From a virus: DNA of 64,000 nt. Shown here piece after piece: positions 8,997 through 21,876 of the stretch (position 1 is its first letter; the number at the start of each line of letters is the position of its first letter). A program made the translations under genes and the position numbers. A model generated the notes under the pieces. It had not been told where the DNA came from and ran no database searches. It worked only from the letters and a program-made list of their open reading frames with translations. Location: the IMG/VR virus record IMGVR_UViG_3300047323_000675; one strand, written 5' to 3'.

Positions 8997-10595
8997 ATGG
9001 CTATGAAAAATATTGATAATTTAGACATCCTCAGCGAAAAAAAACAAGGGAATAAGATTGAATTTAGTAAATTCAAACAAATAGCAGTTGGTGCAATTGC
9101 AGTGTTATCATTAACAACTGTTGGGGTTGGTGGTATGTATGTGTGGGAAGGGTACCAAAAAGCTAAAGTTGAAGAAGTGGAAAATCATATAAAACAAATG
9201 GAACCTACTACTTTATATTCCTTAATAGATAGAGAAAAAGAATCTGTACAAAAAACATATCTTGTTAATAAGGCATTATTTAGTCAATATGAGAATTATA
9301 AAGATGTTCTTTTAGCTCTTGAAATGCAAAATACTGACACTAAAAAAATAGAAAAAAATAATTCTTTATATAAAAATAGTTTACAAGCATTAGATACTGA
9401 TAAAGCTGCAATTGAAAGATTGGTTCAACTAACTAATCCTGGGACAAGTTTTGAGGCAAAAAAAGATGCATTCTTAGGTGGAACAGAAATACTTGCCCTT
9501 AATAAATGGGAGTCAGCATTAAAAAATCATACATCTGTTTATTCTAACTCATTACTATCACTGAACAATGAAACAAAACAAAATTTAGTATTTTTAGAAG
9601 ATACAAAAAAAGAAATTATTCAAACTGTTAATCAAAAGATTGCTAGTAAAGACTACAACCTTAATGCAACTGAATCTGCATTAGCAGCTAAAGTGTCAGG
9701 TGATTTAAATAACCAAATTTCTGAATTAGAAAAAGTTAAGCGTGAACTTAGTGGAACTGAACAAGAAAACCTTTTAACAAATAGTGACTTAAATGAAGCT
9801 AAAGAGGCAGTTAACCAACTTCAATCTCAAGCAGTAGCTCAAATTAGTCAAGATAAAGCTCAAGTTCAATCATTATTAGCGGCTGGGCCTAATGCTCCTG
9901 TAGATAATTGGGATTCATCTACAATTTCTAATGGAAACAATAATAATATAAATGCGAATAACAGCCAAAGAAACCAAGGTTGGGGATTCTTTGAATACTT
10001 TTTACTTTATAATTGGTTATCAGGTGGAAACTCCAATAGTCCATCCGCTATGGCCTCCTTTAATTCATCAAGTCATTATAATCATATTCAAAGTAATCTG
10101 TATAATCATGCATCTCAAAGATACAACATTAATGATACAAATAGTTATTTAAATAGAAGCTTAAGTGGTGATTACCAAGATAATATTACTAGCAATTTAC
10201 ATAGCAATAAAAATACTAATAAATTTAATGCATCCACTTCAAGTAATTTAGCAAAAGGATTCACACAAAATAATACTTTAAATAAATTGGGAAATCCTAA
10301 TAATAAATTAAATGCATTAGATAAAATTAAAGCATTTAAGGCTAAAAAATTTGATATATCAGCAATAAAAGAAAAGATTCAAAAAATACGCACTAAAGCT
10401 GTTACGGCTAAAAAAGAATATAAAGTTGCTGTGGAAAGAAAAGCTGAAGCAAAGAGAAAAGAAGAAGTAAGAAAGAAAGAAGCTTTAGCTGCGAAAAGCT
10501 CATCATCTTCTATTTCAGGAACTAAAAAATCCACTTCTAGTTTTGGTAGTTTTAGCTCTAGTTCCAGAAGTGGTAGCAGCAGTCGTAGAAAATAA
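8997..10595 (+). CDS. Membrane-anchored coiled-coil protein with Asn-rich linker and Lys/Ser-rich tail
   Basis: 532 aa; hydrophobic IAVGAIAVLSLTTVGVGGMYVW; helical middle; WGFFEYFLLYNWLSGG segment; ends SSFGSFSSSSRSGSSSRRK. Confidence 0.8.
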   Translation: MAMKNIDNLDILSEKKQGNKIEFSKFKQIAVGAIAVLSLTTVGVGGMYVWEGYQKAKVEEVENHIKQMEPTTLYSLIDREKESVQKTYLVNKALFSQYENYKDVLLALEMQNTDTKKIEKNNSLYKNSLQALDTDKAAIERLVQLTNPGTSFEAKKDAFLGGTEILALNKWESALKNHTSVYSNSLLSLNNETKQNLVFLEDTKKEIIQTVNQKIASKDYNLNATESALAAKVSGDLNNQISELEKVKRELSGTEQENLLTNSDLNEAKEAVNQLQSQAVAQISQDKAQVQSLLAAGPNAPVDNWDSSTISNGNNNNINANNSQRNQGWGFFEYFLLYNWLSGGNSNSPSAMASFNSSSHYNHIQSNLYNHASQRYNINDTNSYLNRSLSGDYQDNITSNLHSNKNTNKFNASTSSNLAKGFTQNNTLNKLGNPNNKLNALDKIKAFKAKKFDISAIKEKIQKIRTKAVTAKKEYKVAVERKAEAKRKEEVRKKEALAAKSSSSSISGTKKSTSSFGSFSSSSRSGSSSRRK

Positions 10596-10597
10596 TA

Positions 10598-10628
10598 AAA
10601 AAAGGCGAATCCGAAATTCGCCTTTTTT
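10598..10628. terminator. Bidirectional intrinsic terminator
   Basis: AAAAAAGGCGAAT/ATTCGCCTTTTTT inverted repeat between convergent genes. Confidence 0.85.
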
Positions 10629-10634
10629 ATTAAC

Positions 10635-11345
10635 TTATAATTTTATCTTTTTATTGAAAACATTATTTTTATTTAACTCCTGTTCTAATTTTTGTCTAAG
10701 ATGATATGCGTCAATAGCCATAGTTCTACTAGCTTTATCTTCATAATTAGCCCAATAAGGAATTGTTGCTTCAAATCTAAGAAACATTTTTTCAATATCT
10801 GCATTATATGGTTTCCAATTAGATAAGTCGCCTTTAAAATTAGCTGCATAAAACATATATTTCATATTATCAGCATTTGATACATCCCATTTACTAATAT
10901 CACCATTAAATTGTGAGCTTTTAAATACGCCAAACATATTTTTAACTTTAGATGTATTCCATTTACTAATATCTTTATTAAAATTTGAATAAGCAAAAGT
11001 ATTAAACATATTTTTTAGACTAAAAGTATTCCAATTAGATATATCACTATTGAAGACAGAAGAACAAAACATTTCATACATATTTTCAACATTTGAAACA
11101 TTCCATTTGGATATATCCCCGTTAAATAATGAATCGCAAAACATCATTGCCATTGTTTTTACATTTGATACATCCCATTGGCTAATATCACCATTGAATT
11201 CTGATTCATGGAATAATTTCTTCATATCAGTAATATTACTAACATCGATATAATTTAAATCGCATTGGTTTCCATCTTCTTTAATTGCATAAAAAATTAA
11301 ACTACTTAAATGCTCATTACTAGTGGCTATTATCTTATCTTTCAT
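10635..11345 (-). CDS. DUF285/BspA-like repeat protein with shared tag (6 units)
   Basis: Array architecture; ends FNKKIKL. Confidence 0.88.
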   Translation of the reverse strand: MKDKIIATSNEHLSSLIFYAIKEDGNQCDLNYIDVSNITDMKKLFHESEFNGDISQWDVSNVKTMAMMFCDSLFNGDISKWNVSNVENMYEMFCSSVFNSDISNWNTFSLKNMFNTFAYSNFNKDISKWNTSKVKNMFGVFKSSQFNGDISKWDVSNADNMKYMFYAANFKGDLSNWKPYNADIEKMFLRFEATIPYWANYEDKASRTMAIDAYHLRQKLEQELNKNNVFNKKIKL

Positions 11346-11908
11346 AATTTTATCTTTTTAATATAATTATGATTGTTATTTAATTCTTGAAATAATTCTT
11401 TACTAAGTTCATAAGATTCAATTGCTTTTTTTCTTGCAGCTATATCAAAATAATGACTCCAATAAGGATTTGGAGCTATACATTCAGAAAATATATTTTC
11501 AATTTTAGCATTATATGGTTTCCAATCGATTAAATTACCATTAAAATTAGACTTAAAAAACATTTTTATCATATTCTTTGCATTAGATACATTCCAGGTA
11601 GAAATATCTCCATTAAATTGTGCAGACAAAAACATTTCATCAAAATTTTCTACTTTGGAAACATTCCACTTTGAAATATCACCATTAAATTTTGATTCTT
11701 CAAACATTGAAGACATCACTCTAGCATTTGAAACATCCCATTTACTAATATCGCCATTAAATTCAGATTTATAAAATAATACACCTAAATCAAACACTCC
11801 AGATACATCAATATGATTCAAATCACATTGATTCCCATGTAATTCGATTTCTTTAGCTATTAAATCTACGAGGTGAGTATTATGGCGAGCAATAATTTTA
11901 GGTTTCAT
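11342..11908 (-). CDS. DUF285/BspA-like repeat protein with shared tag (4 units)
   Basis: Array architecture; ends YIKKIKL. Confidence 0.88.
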   Translation of the reverse strand: MKPKIIARHNTHLVDLIAKEIELHGNQCDLNHIDVSGVFDLGVLFYKSEFNGDISKWDVSNARVMSSMFEESKFNGDISKWNVSKVENFDEMFLSAQFNGDISTWNVSNAKNMIKMFFKSNFNGNLIDWKPYNAKIENIFSECIAPNPYWSHYFDIAARKKAIESYELSKELFQELNNNHNYIKKIKL

Positions 11909-12618
11909 AATTTTATTTTCCTAGATAGATTATTATTTCGGTTTAATTCATCACTTAAAGCTTGGCTAAACTGATATTTTTCAATAGCTTTTTTCCTATC
12001 TACACGAGTATCATAATGAAACCAATAAGGTATTGGAGTCAAAGAATTATCAAACATTTGTATGGTATCGGATAAGTCATATGGTAGCCATTGGAAAATA
12101 TTACCGTTAAATTTAGCATCTTTAAACATATAACTCATGCTTTGAGCTTTAGAAACATCCCAATTACTTATATCACCATTAAAATTAGAATTACAAAATA
12201 CACCACACATACTATAAACATTAGAAGTATTCCAATTATATATGTCACCATTAAACATAGAGCTAGAAAACATATATCCCATTTCCTTTAAGCTAGATAT
12301 ATTCCATCTTGAAATATCACCATTAAAAATAGAATTAGAAAATAGATTGATCATTTGTGTAACTTTAGATACATTCCATTGTGAAATATCACCATTAAAC
12401 TGAGAACAAGCAAACATTCCAACCATACTTATCACATTAGATGTATCCCACTGACTAATATCACCATTAAATTTAGAATTATAAAATAAATGGTTCATGT
12501 TAGTAACCTTACTAACATCAATATGATTCAAGTCACAGCCATTACCATTTAATTCAATTTCTTTTTTAATAAGCTCTTTAAGATGTTCTGTATTTAATGC
12601 TAAAATTTTATTTTTCAT
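11905..12618 (-). CDS. DUF285/BspA-like repeat protein with shared tag (6 units)
   Basis: Array architecture; ends LSRKIKL. Confidence 0.88.
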   Translation of the reverse strand: MKNKILALNTEHLKELIKKEIELNGNGCDLNHIDVSKVTNMNHLFYNSKFNGDISQWDTSNVISMVGMFACSQFNGDISQWNVSKVTQMINLFSNSIFNGDISRWNISSLKEMGYMFSSSMFNGDIYNWNTSNVYSMCGVFCNSNFNGDISNWDVSKAQSMSYMFKDAKFNGNIFQWLPYDLSDTIQMFDNSLTPIPYWFHYDTRVDRKKAIEKYQFSQALSDELNRNNNLSRKIKL

Positions 12619-13184
12619 ATTTTTATTTTTTTAATTTTATTGTTGTTATCATTTAATTCTTTAGATAATGCATTACTGAGTTCATAAGATTCAATTGCTT
12701 TTTTTCTTGCATCTATATCAAAAAATCTACTCCAATAAGGAATTGGTGCAGGACACTCATTAAAAATACCATCAATACTTCTTAATTGATATGGCTTCCA
12801 ATTACAGATATTACCATTAAATTTTGAGCAATAAAACATCTCCTTCATATTTATAACATTATGTACATTCCATGGGGAGATATCATTATTAAAGCTAGAC
12901 TCTTTAAACATTCCATGCATATGTTTAACATTAGAAACATTCCATTTACTAATATCACCGTTAAATCGAGAAGCACGAAACATATTATTCATACTTTTAA
13001 CATTAGAAACATTCCATTTGCTAATATCTCCATTAAATCGAGAGTATGAAAATAAAGAATCCATATCAGTAACATTAGATACATCAATATGATTTAAATC
13101 ACATTGGCTTCCATTCCTTATTAGTTCTTGTTCAATTAATTGTCTAAGATGATTATTGTGGTAAGCTATTATTTTTTCCCTCAT
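12615..13184 (-). CDS. DUF285/BspA-like repeat protein with shared tag (4 units)
   Basis: Array architecture; ends KIKKIKI. Confidence 0.88.
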   Translation of the reverse strand: MREKIIAYHNNHLRQLIEQELIRNGSQCDLNHIDVSNVTDMDSLFSYSRFNGDISKWNVSNVKSMNNMFRASRFNGDISKWNVSNVKHMHGMFKESSFNNDISPWNVHNVINMKEMFYCSKFNGNICNWKPYQLRSIDGIFNECPAPIPYWSRFFDIDARKKAIESYELSNALSKELNDNNNKIKKIKI

Positions 13185-13894
13185 ATTTTTATTTTTTTAT
13201 TTGTATTATTATTATTTTCTAATTCTAAATTTAATTGTTTATTTAACCAATAATTATCAATTGCACTTTTTCTTGCTTCTAAATTATCGTATTCAGCCCA
13301 ATATGGTTTAATAGCAGGACAATTAACAAAAGCATATTCTAAAGTAGTTAATGCATATGGCTTCCATTTAGTTAAATCTTTATCAAACATAGAACTCCGA
13401 AATAATGAATTCATGTTTTTAACTTTGGAAACATTCCACTCTGAAATATCTCCATAAAAGGCTGATTCCTCAAACATCGAATACATAGTTTCAACATTTG
13501 AGACATCCCATTTTGAAATATCCCCATTAAATTGTGATTGGTTAAATATACTACTCATTAATTTAACATGAGACACATTCCAATTTGAGATATCCCCATT
13601 AAACGGAGAAGCAAGAAATAACGAATTAGCATTCTCTAAATTAGAAGTATCCCATTTTGAAATATCCCCATTAAATAAACTATTATAAAATAGTCCATCC
13701 ATGCGTTTAACTTTTGAGGTATTCCATTGACTAATGTTTCCATTAAATTTAGAGTCAACAAATAGATAACTTAAATCTGTAATATTACTAATATCAATAT
13801 GATTTAAATCACATCTATTACCATTAAATCTCACTTCTTTTTCAATTAACTCTTTTAGATGTGTTTTATCTTTAGCAATAATAATTGGTTTCAT
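13181..13894 (-). CDS. DUF285/BspA-like repeat protein with shared tag (6 units)
   Basis: Array architecture; ends TNKKIKI. Confidence 0.88.
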   Translation of the reverse strand: MKPIIIAKDKTHLKELIEKEVRFNGNRCDLNHIDISNITDLSYLFVDSKFNGNISQWNTSKVKRMDGLFYNSLFNGDISKWDTSNLENANSLFLASPFNGDISNWNVSHVKLMSSIFNQSQFNGDISKWDVSNVETMYSMFEESAFYGDISEWNVSKVKNMNSLFRSSMFDKDLTKWKPYALTTLEYAFVNCPAIKPYWAEYDNLEARKSAIDNYWLNKQLNLELENNNNTNKKIKI

Positions 13895-13898
13895 ATTT

Positions 13899-14303
13899 TC
13901 ACTCTGATTGGTTTTGTTTCAATTCTAATTGAAACATTTCTGATAACTTTATCTTCCTAGTATCGTTTAATTCAATAATACAAGCTAATTCCATATCTCT
14001 AGCACCATTACCACCATTGGCTAATGATTTATCAAATAAACATTGAGATTCACGATATTCAATATAAGATTTCTGCCCGTTTTTAAACAAGAATATAGTT
14101 CGCAATTTATACTCTTTATCCTCATCAGAATTATTAAGAATCTTTATTATTTTATTTTCCGTATCTTTTAATTTCTTATTGCTTAATTGAGCCTTTTTCT
14201 CTAAACATTCCCTTAATTGAACATGACTCTCAGAATCATTACAAGCTTGAACCCTATAAGAAACAATTACCAAAGAAAAAAATAATATAAAATATTTTTT
14301 CAT
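13899..14303 (-). CDS. Secreted LprI/DUF1311-like (lysozyme inhibitor family) protein
   Basis: Signal peptide [20 protein letters not shown]; four Cys in the DUF1311 pattern C...(Q)LREC...Q..YI.YR..QC...G.G...LAC...L...R. Confidence 0.7.
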   Translation of the reverse strand: MKKYFILFFSLVIVSYRVQACNDSESHVQLRECLEKKAQLSNKKLKDTENKIIKILNNSDEDKEYKLRTIFLFKNGQKSYIEYRESQCLFDKSLANGGNGARDMELACIIELNDTRKIKLSEMFQLELKQNQSE

Positions 14304-15238
14304 ATTTTTACCTTTTTAGTTTGACTTTTATTACTCTCAAGTTCTTTTCCCAATTCTTTACTTAAAATATAAGCATCAATTTTCTTTTTTCTATCTTCTA
14401 TATCATGACAATTAACCCAATAAGGAACAGGTGCAGAAGATTTATTAAACATATCATTATAACAGAAAACATTAAATACTTTATATGGTGTCCACTCGGT
14501 AAGATTTCCTTTAAATGGAGTCCTGCAAAACATATCCCTTATATCTTTAGCATTAGACACATCCCATTTAGAAATATCGCCATTGAATTTAGACTCAGCA
14601 AACATTTCACCCATATTTTCAACATTTTTTACATCCCAATTGGATATGTCCCCATTAAATACTGAGTTGCTAAACATAAATTCCATTTCTTTTACATTTG
14701 AAACATTCCACTTAGATAAATTACCTTTAAATTGGCTTTTATAAAACATATTTCTCATATCAACAACACTAGAGACATTCCAACTAGAGATATCTCCATT
14801 GAATTTAGATTGCCTAAATAGTCCAATCATATTTCTAACCTTAGATGTATTCCATTTAGATATATCACCATTAAAAATAGATTCTCTAAACATATTATTC
14901 ATAAGTTGAACACTTGAAGTATTCCATTGAGAAATGTCTCCGTTAAACTTAGAATCTCGAAACATCTGTTCCATATCTTCAACTTTAGATGTATTCCATT
15001 TAGATATATCACCATTAAATTTAGATCCTCTAAACATGCTATTCATAAACTCAACATTTGATACATCCCATTGTGAAATATTTCCATTAAACTCTGAATT
15101 TGCAAATAATGAAGTCATATCTGAAACTTTGGAAACATCAATGTGGTTTAAGTCACAATTATTCCCATTTTTAGCAATTTCATCTCTAATCAATTGTTTT
15201 AAATAATAGCTGTTGGTAGCAATAATTGTAGGTTTCAT
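14300..15238 (-). CDS. DUF285/BspA-like repeat protein with shared tag (9 units)
   Basis: Array architecture; ends QTKKVKI. Confidence 0.88.
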   Translation of the reverse strand: MKPTIIATNSYYLKQLIRDEIAKNGNNCDLNHIDVSKVSDMTSLFANSEFNGNISQWDVSNVEFMNSMFRGSKFNGDISKWNTSKVEDMEQMFRDSKFNGDISQWNTSSVQLMNNMFRESIFNGDISKWNTSKVRNMIGLFRQSKFNGDISSWNVSSVVDMRNMFYKSQFKGNLSKWNVSNVKEMEFMFSNSVFNGDISNWDVKNVENMGEMFAESKFNGDISKWDVSNAKDIRDMFCRTPFKGNLTEWTPYKVFNVFCYNDMFNKSSAPVPYWVNCHDIEDRKKKIDAYILSKELGKELESNKSQTKKVKI

Positions 15239-15804
15239 ATTTTTATTTTCTTTAATTTATTATTATTTATATTTAATTCTTTATTTAACTCTTTGTTTAA
15301 TTGATATTTATCAATTGCTATTTTCCTTTCTTCTAAATTATCATATTCAGCCCAATATGGTTTATTAATATTACTTCCTAATCGCATGTTTTCCATATAC
15401 AATAAATTATATGGTCCCCAATTGGATAGGTCATTTTGAAATTCTGAACTATAAAACATAAATCTCATATGAGTGACATTCTTAACATTCCAGTTAGAAA
15501 TATCACCATTGAACTTAGAATTATAGAACATTTCATTCATATGAGTGACATTCTCAACATCCCATTTAGATATATCTCCATTAAATTTTGATTCACAAAA
15601 CACTCCAGACATATTTTTTACATTAGAGGTATCCCATTGACTAATATTTCCATTAAAATCCATATACTGAAATAAATAATTCATATCAGTAATATTGGAT
15701 ACATCTATATGGTTCAAATCACATTGATTTCCATATTTTTTGATTTCAGCATTAATTAATTTACCTAAATGCTTTCTATCTTCAGCAATAATTATAGACT
15801 TCAT
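15235..15804 (-). CDS. DUF285/BspA-like repeat protein with shared tag (4 units)
   Basis: Array architecture; ends KLKKIKI. Confidence 0.88.
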   Translation of the reverse strand: MKSIIIAEDRKHLGKLINAEIKKYGNQCDLNHIDVSNITDMNYLFQYMDFNGNISQWDTSNVKNMSGVFCESKFNGDISKWDVENVTHMNEMFYNSKFNGDISNWNVKNVTHMRFMFYSSEFQNDLSNWGPYNLLYMENMRLGSNINKPYWAEYDNLEERKIAIDKYQLNKELNKELNINNNKLKKIKI

Positions 15805-16517
15805 ATTTTTAATTTTTTCTTCAATAATTCATTCTTACTTAATTCTTCAGTTAATTCTTTACTTGCCTGGTATCTTTCAATTACCATTCTGCGTTCATCT
15901 TTATCATCATATTGAAACCAATAAGGAATTGGTGCATTACAATATAAAAAAACAGCACTACTAAAATTTAATTCATAAGGGGTCCAATTAGATAAGTCTT
16001 TATCAAATGCACTTGAATTAAACATCCCTGATATATCTTTAACATTACGAACATTCCAATTAGAAATATCACCATTAAATTCTGCACTATCAAACATTGA
16101 AATTGTATATTCTAGATTTGAAGTATTCCAATTACTGATATCACCATTAAATTTAGAATTCCAAAACATACTTGCCATATGGGTGACACTTGAAACATCC
16201 CATTTAGATATGTCTCCATTAAATTCTGCATGTGAAAACATATTATTCATATTTTTAACCTTTGAAGTGTTCCATTTAGAAATATCACCATTAAAATTAG
16301 AATTTTCAAACATGGAAATCATGCTTTGGGCATTTGAAACATCCCACTTAGAAATATCACCATTAAAGTCTAAATTAAGAAAAATATAGTTAAAATATAA
16401 TATATTACTTACATCAATATGATTTAAGTCACATTTATTTCCATTTAATTTTATCTCTTCTAAAATTATTTTTTTTAGTTCTGTTTCATTTTTAGGAATA
16501 ATAATAGTTGGTTTCAT
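15801..16517 (-). CDS. DUF285/BspA-like repeat protein with shared tag (6 units)
   Basis: Array architecture; ends LKKKLKI. Confidence 0.88.
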   Translation of the reverse strand: MKPTIIIPKNETELKKIILEEIKLNGNKCDLNHIDVSNILYFNYIFLNLDFNGDISKWDVSNAQSMISMFENSNFNGDISKWNTSKVKNMNNMFSHAEFNGDISKWDVSSVTHMASMFWNSKFNGDISNWNTSNLEYTISMFDSAEFNGDISNWNVRNVKDISGMFNSSAFDKDLSNWTPYELNFSSAVFLYCNAPIPYWFQYDDKDERRMVIERYQASKELTEELSKNELLKKKLKI

Positions 16518-17155
16518 ATCTTTAATCGCTTACTATCATTTTTATTATTAATTAACTCATTATTTAAGTTTTTACTTAATGCAAAAGCATCAATGTGTTT
16601 ATTCCTAAGAACAATATCTGTATATTCTATCCAATATGGAGTAGGTGCTGGACAGCCATAAAAAGTTTCCTTAATAATAGATAACTGATATGGTTTCCAA
16701 TTAGATGTATCACCTCCAAATTTAGACCAACTGAACATATACTGCATATTTCTTACTTTAGACACATCCCAATTGGATATATCTCCATTAAATTCAGATT
16801 CACTAAACATATTATTCATTGTTCTTACATGTGAAGTATTCCAATTTGATATGTCATTGTTAAATTTAGATTTAGAAAACATACTTGACATATCTATAAC
16901 TTTAGAAACATTCCACTTAGAGATATCTCCGTTAAACTTAGAACTATAGAACATAAATCTCATATCTACAACTTTAGAAACATCCCACTTAGAGATATCT
17001 CCATTAAACCAAGATTCAGAAAACAAACAATTCATATCTGTGATATATCTAACATCTATATGGTTTAAATCACATTGATATCCATTTAATTTTATTTCTT
17101 CTTGAATTAGTGTTGCTAAATGTTTTCTATCTTCGGCTATAATTCTTTGTTTCAT
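16514..17155 (-). CDS. DUF285/BspA-like repeat protein with shared tag (5 units)
   Basis: Array architecture; ends DSKRLKI. Confidence 0.88.
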   Translation of the reverse strand: MKQRIIAEDRKHLATLIQEEIKLNGYQCDLNHIDVRYITDMNCLFSESWFNGDISKWDVSKVVDMRFMFYSSKFNGDISKWNVSKVIDMSSMFSKSKFNNDISNWNTSHVRTMNNMFSESEFNGDISNWDVSKVRNMQYMFSWSKFGGDTSNWKPYQLSIIKETFYGCPAPTPYWIEYTDIVLRNKHIDAFALSKNLNNELINNKNDSKRLKI

Positions 17156-17198
17156 ATTTATTCTCTTATCAAATTAATTCTATCAAATAATAAATAAT

Positions 17199-17220
17199 AA
17201 AAAAGCCCTTGGTTGGGCTT
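17199..17220 (-). terminator. Intrinsic terminator within the DUF285 array
   Basis: Minus strand AAGCCC-AACCAA-GGGCTT followed by a T-run, just after the 17228 stop. Confidence 0.75.
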
Positions 17221-17227
17221 AAGTTGT

Positions 17228-17656
17228 TTATATCTTTATTTTTTTCATATTTGGCTTTTTTGCTTCAAGTAATTCCCTATTTAATTCTTTAGTTAACCAA
17301 TAATTATTAATAGCATTTAATCTTTTTTCTTTATCTTCAAACATTGCCCAATAAGGAATAGCTGTTGAAGACTCATAACATATTCCATTAACATTTTCTA
17401 ATGATGTTGGTCGCCACTTAGAAATATTGCTAGTAATTTTAGCATATCTAAACATATAACTCATATTATTAACATTAGAAACATTCCAATTGGATATATC
17501 ACCATTAAAACTAGAGTTCTTAAATAAATCACTCATGTCAGTAATATTAGAAACATCTATATGATTCAAATCGCAATCTAATCCATTTAATTCAATTTCT
17601 TTTAAAATTAATTCTTTTAAATGATCTCTGTGTTTTGCTATAATTTTAGCTTTCAT
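17228..17656 (-). CDS. DUF285/BspA-like repeat protein with shared tag (2 units, shortest)
   Basis: Array architecture; ends NMKKIKI. Confidence 0.85.
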   Translation of the reverse strand: MKAKIIAKHRDHLKELILKEIELNGLDCDLNHIDVSNITDMSDLFKNSSFNGDISNWNVSNVNNMSYMFRYAKITSNISKWRPTSLENVNGICYESSTAIPYWAMFEDKEKRLNAINNYWLTKELNRELLEAKKPNMKKIKI

Positions 17657-18438
17657 AATTTAACTTTTTTATTCAAATGAACATTTGTATTCAATGTCTT
17701 TGATAACTCTTGGCTTAACCAATAATTATTAATAGCATTTACTCTTTTTTCTTTATCTTCAAACATTGCCCAATAAGGAGCGGTTGTTGAAGACTCATAA
17801 CATATATAGTTAACATTATTTAAAGAAATTGGTCGCCATTGAGATATATCACCAGTAAATTTGGCACATTTAAACATATAACTCATATCATCAACTTTTG
17901 ATACATTCCACTTACTTATATCATCATTAAATACTGCTTCCGCAAATACTGAGGACATCGTAACAACATTAGAAACATCCCAATTAGAAATATCTCCATT
18001 AAATTTAGAACTTGCAAACATACTATTCATCATTTTTAAACTTTTAATATTCCAACTAGAAATATCACCGTTAAATTCTGAATTTGCAAATAATGCCCCC
18101 ATACTCTCTACATGACTAACATTCCATTTGCTTATATCACCATTAAAAATAGATGCATGAAACATATAATTCATATCTTTAACACTAGAAACATCCCAAT
18201 TTGATATATCCCCGTTAAACTTTGATTCATTAAACATATGATCCATTTTTTCAACTTTGGAAACATCCCAATGGCTAATATCCCCATTAAAATCAGAACG
18301 ATAAAATAAACAAGACATATCGCTAATGTTTGATACATCAATATGATTCAAATCACATTCGTTTCCATTTTTTTTAATACATTGTTTAATTAGTTTGTCT
18401 AATTGCTTTCTATTTTCTGCAATAACTTTATTTTTCAT
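17653..18438 (-). CDS. DUF285/BspA-like repeat protein with shared tag (7 units)
   Basis: Array architecture; ends LNKKVKL. Confidence 0.88.
   Translation of the reverse strand: MKNKVIAENRKQLDKLIKQCIKKNGNECDLNHIDVSNISDMSCLFYRSDFNGDISHWDVSKVEKMDHMFNESKFNGDISNWDVSSVKDMNYMFHASIFNGDISKWNVSHVESMGALFANSEFNGDISSWNIKSLKMMNSMFASSKFNGDISNWDVSNVVTMSSVFAEAVFNDDISKWNVSKVDDMSYMFKCAKFTGDISQWRPISLNNVNYICYESSTTAPYWAMFEDKEKRVNAINNYWLSQELSKTLNTNVHLNKKVKL
18134..18198 (-). repeat. 65-nt exact segment, copy A (copy B at 30417-30481, opposite strand)
   Basis: TGGGATGTTTCTAGTGTTAAAGATATGAATTATATGTTTCATGCATCTATTTTTAATGGTGATAT encoding [21 protein letters not shown]. Confidence 0.9.
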
Positions 18439-19088
18439 ATTTTTATCTTCTTCGTTTGATTAAAGTTGCTACCTAACTCATCATTTAATTCTTTCAAAAT
18501 TCCTTTTTCTAAATGATATAATTTAATCGCTTTAGCTCTTTCTTCTTTATCACTATAATTTGCCCAATAAGGCACTATACATTTAGTATTCGAAAATACT
18601 TCATCTATCCCTTGTAGTTCAAATGGCTTCCAATTGCTTACATCCCCTATAAATTCAGATTTATTAAAAATGTGAGACATCAGTTGAACATTAGATACAT
18701 CCCAATGACTGATATCTCCGTTGAATTTAGAATTATAAAAAAGTTGATACATACTCACTACATTAGATACATTCCACTTACCAATATCACCATTGAATTT
18801 TGAACCATCAAACATTTGGCTCATATTAACGACTTTACTAACATCCCAATTAGATATGTCACCATTAAAAGAAGAATCAACAAACAATCCATTCATATTA
18901 GTTACATTTGATACATCCCATTTACTAATATCTCCATTAAATGAAGAACTCATAAATAAATTAGTCATATCTTTAACATTACTAACATCAATATGATTCA
19001 GATCGCATTCAAAGCCATTTATATCTATCTCGTTCTTAATCAGTTCTTCTAAATGTTGTAAGTCTTTCGCAATAATTATTGGCTTCAT
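18435..19088 (-). CDS. DUF285/BspA-like repeat protein with shared tag (5 units)
   Basis: Array architecture; ends QTKKIKI. Confidence 0.88.
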   Translation of the reverse strand: MKPIIIAKDLQHLEELIKNEIDINGFECDLNHIDVSNVKDMTNLFMSSSFNGDISKWDVSNVTNMNGLFVDSSFNGDISNWDVSKVVNMSQMFDGSKFNGDIGKWNVSNVVSMYQLFYNSKFNGDISHWDVSNVQLMSHIFNKSEFIGDVSNWKPFELQGIDEVFSNTKCIVPYWANYSDKEERAKAIKLYHLEKGILKELNDELGSNFNQTKKIKI

Positions 19089-19726
19089 ATCTTAATTTTT
19101 TTAGTTTCATTATTAATATTACTTAACTCACCTTTTAGCTCTTTGTTTAACCAATATCTATCAATAGCGATTTTTCTCTGCTCATTATCTCCAATGTTTA
19201 CCCAATAAGGGATTTTAGCATCACAATCTTTAAACATAGCTTCAATATTTTTTAATTTATATGGCTTCCATTCTGATAAATTTCCTTTGAAAATAGATCT
19301 TACGAACATATCTTCCATATCCTTAACATTTTCAGTATTCCATTTAGAGATGTCACCATTAAATTTTGAATAGGCAAACATACCAGACATAATAATTAAA
19401 CTTGAAGTATTCCATTTAGAAATATCTCCATTAAATTTTGAATCAAAGAACATCTCTCTCATATTATTTACATTGGAAGTATTCCAATTACTGATATCCC
19501 CATTAAAATTTGATGATGCAAACATTGACTGCATATTTTCAACCTTAGAAACATCCCATTGGGAGATATCCCCATTAAATTCAGAATTGGCAAATACTCC
19601 TTGCATATCAGTAATATTACTAACATCAATATGGTTTAAATTGCACTTATTGCCATTTCCTTGAATTTCTATATGAATTAATTCTTTTAAATACTTTTTA
19701 TCTTTGGCTATAATTTTATTTTTCAT
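19085..19726 (-). CDS. DUF285/BspA-like repeat protein with shared tag (5 units)
   Basis: Array architecture; ends ETKKIKI. Confidence 0.88.
   Translation of the reverse strand: MKNKIIAKDKKYLKELIHIEIQGNGNKCNLNHIDVSNITDMQGVFANSEFNGDISQWDVSKVENMQSMFASSNFNGDISNWNTSNVNNMREMFFDSKFNGDISKWNTSSLIIMSGMFAYSKFNGDISKWNTENVKDMEDMFVRSIFKGNLSEWKPYKLKNIEAMFKDCDAKIPYWVNIGDNEQRKIAIDRYWLNKELKGELSNINNETKKIKI
19376..19428 (-). repeat. 53-nt exact segment, copy A (copy B at 31197-31249, opposite strand)
   Basis: GAGATATTTCTAAATGGAATACTTCAAGTTTAATTATTATGTCTGGTATGTTT encoding [17 protein letters not shown]. Confidence 0.9.
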
Positions 19727-19750
19727 AATAAATAATTATTCTTTAATATA

Positions 19751-19778
19751 ATTATATAAAACATTTATTTATTTACAA
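19751..19778 (-). promoter_or_regulatory. Putative promoter of the terminator-promoter module, copy 1
   Basis: TTGTAA, 16 bp, TATAAT on the minus strand directly after the terminator; recurs at 24890 and 37186. Confidence 0.55.
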
Positions 19779-19781
19779 AAT

Positions 19782-19805
19782 AAAAAACGGCATCTTTGCC
19801 GTTTT
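19782..19805 (-). terminator. Intrinsic terminator (AACGGC/GCCGTT family)
   Basis: AAAACGGCA-AAGA-TGCCGTTTTTT on the minus strand after the 19809 stop. Confidence 0.8.
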
Positions 19806-19808
19806 AAT

Positions 19809-20606
19809 TTATACTTTCAGTTTTTTAGTAGCTTGGGTATTAGTCATTAATTCTTTATTTAATTGTTTAGCTAATTTTTTCTTTTCATGATAATGATCAA
19901 TTGCTAATCGTCTTTCATTTAAATCATCATAATTAGCCCAGTAAGGAATGGTTATTGAACAACTCTCAAATATACCATTAAATTTTTCTAATAAATATGG
20001 CCTCCAATTTGAAATATCACCTGTAAATTTAGCTTGTTCAAATATAAATTGCATCTCTTTTAAACTAGAAACATCCCAATTACTGATATTTCCATCAAAA
20101 AAACTTTTTCTGAACATATAACTCATACTTTTAACTTTTGATACATTCCAATAACTTATATCACCATTGAATTTAGAGCAATTAAACATTCCATCCATAG
20201 TTTTTACATTTGATACATTCCATTTAGAAATATCTCTATTAAATTCTGAAAAATTAAACATCATTTGCATATCTTTAACTTTTGATACATCCCACTTAGA
20301 AATATCTCCATTAAAAATTGAATAGGTAAATAAATTATTCATATCCCTAACATTCCTTACATCCCATTGACTTATATCTCCATTAAATCTAGATACCTTA
20401 AACATAAATTTCATAGCTCTTACATTTGACACATCCCATTGGGATATATCACCATTAAATGCTGAATGGGCAAATAACTCATTCATATCTTTAATATTTG
20501 ATACATCGATATGGTTTAAATCGCATACATTGCCATTTAACTCGATTTCTTTTTCAATCAATTCTTTTAAATGTTTTTTATTCTTAGCAATAATTGTAGG
20601 CTTCAT
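19809..20606 (-). CDS. DUF285/BspA-like repeat protein with shared tag (7 units)
   Basis: Array architecture; ends ATKKLKV. Confidence 0.88.
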   Translation of the reverse strand: MKPTIIAKNKKHLKELIEKEIELNGNVCDLNHIDVSNIKDMNELFAHSAFNGDISQWDVSNVRAMKFMFKVSRFNGDISQWDVRNVRDMNNLFTYSIFNGDISKWDVSKVKDMQMMFNFSEFNRDISKWNVSNVKTMDGMFNCSKFNGDISYWNVSKVKSMSYMFRKSFFDGNISNWDVSSLKEMQFIFEQAKFTGDISNWRPYLLEKFNGIFESCSITIPYWANYDDLNERRLAIDHYHEKKKLAKQLNKELMTNTQATKKLKV

Positions 20607-21388
20607 ATTTTAGTTTTTTTATTTTTAATATTATTTCCGCTTAATTCTGTTTTTAATTCTTTACTTAATTCATAAGAGCTTATAGCTCTGTGTCTTTCCT
20701 CTGTGCTTGCAATTTTTGCCCAATATGGAATAGGAGCTTTGCAATTTTTAAACATATCTTCAATATTTATTAAGTTATACGGCTTCCAATTTGATAAATC
20801 CCCTTTGAAAATAGATTCTAAAAACATGTCCTTCATGTTTGTTACTTCTTCAATATTCCACTTAGAGAGATCGCCATTAAATTTAGAAAATTGAAACATC
20901 TTATTCATATATTTTACATTAGATACATTCCAATTAGAAATATCTCCTTCAAAATTTGAATGAGCAAATAATCCCTGCATTGATACAACTTCTGATGTAT
21001 CCCATTGAGAAATATCACCATTAAATTTTGAATTAACAAAAACTTCAATCATCAAAGCTACATTAGAAGTATTCCATTTACTGATGTCACCATTAAATAT
21101 AGAACTATGAAACATAATATCCATTCTTTGCAGATTTGATGTATCCCATTGAGATATATCTCCCTTAAATTTTGAACCAGCAAACATACTATTCATATCT
21201 TTAACATTACTAACATTCCATTGAGATATATCTCCATCAAATTCAGAAATGGCAAATAATCCTTCCATATTAGTAATGTTACTAACATCTATATGATTCA
21301 AGTCGCACTCATTTCCATTTACTTCAATCTCTTTTTTAATTAATTCTTTTAAGTGTACTCTGTCTTTTGCTATGATGTTTTGGTTCAT
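20603..21388 (-). CDS. DUF285/BspA-like repeat protein with shared tag (7 units)
   Basis: Array architecture; ends KNKKTKI. Confidence 0.88.
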   Translation of the reverse strand: MNQNIIAKDRVHLKELIKKEIEVNGNECDLNHIDVSNITNMEGLFAISEFDGDISQWNVSNVKDMNSMFAGSKFKGDISQWDTSNLQRMDIMFHSSIFNGDISKWNTSNVALMIEVFVNSKFNGDISQWDTSEVVSMQGLFAHSNFEGDISNWNVSNVKYMNKMFQFSKFNGDLSKWNIEEVTNMKDMFLESIFKGDLSNWKPYNLINIEDMFKNCKAPIPYWAKIASTEERHRAISSYELSKELKTELSGNNIKNKKTKI

Positions 21389-21876
21389 AATTTTAACTTT
21401 TTATTTTTATAATTTGTTTTTTCGGATAATTCTTTATTCAATTCATAAACCTCAATAGCCTTTTTTCTTTCTTCATTATCTTTTATTTTGGCCCAATATG
21501 GTAAAGGTGCCTTACATTTTTCAAATGGATTTTCAAATGTGTTGAAGCCATACTGAAAACTATAAGGTTTCCAACTTGATAAATCATGATTGAAGTCAGA
21601 AAAAGAAAATACACCTGGCATCTCTTCAACATTACTGACATTCCATTTACTGATATCACTATTAAAACTAGAACCCCAAAACATACTATTCATATTCTGA
21701 ACATTTGAAACATCCCATTCTGATATATTTCCATTAAATGCTGAGTAAGCAAATAATTCAGACATATCTATAATATTAGAAACATCAATGTGATTCAAAT
21801 CGCATTCATTCCCATTTAATTGGACTTCTTTTAAAATCAATTCTTTTAAGTGTTCTTTATTTTTGGCAATTATCAT
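21385..21876 (-). CDS. DUF285/BspA-like repeat protein with shared tag (3 units)
   Basis: Array architecture; ends KNKKLKL. Confidence 0.88.
   Translation of the reverse strand: MIIAKNKEHLKELILKEVQLNGNECDLNHIDVSNIIDMSELFAYSAFNGNISEWDVSNVQNMNSMFWGSSFNSDISKWNVSNVEEMPGVFSFSDFNHDLSSWKPYSFQYGFNTFENPFEKCKAPLPYWAKIKDNEERKKAIEVYELNKELSEKTNYKNKKLKL

Noticed and set aside
17153..17200. Sequence upstream of gene 16514-17155 resembling a vestigial tag (GAATTA...AAGAGAATAAATATGA)
   Set aside because: Better explained as an extended -10 promoter (TGATAGAAT) plus RBS following the 17199 terminator.
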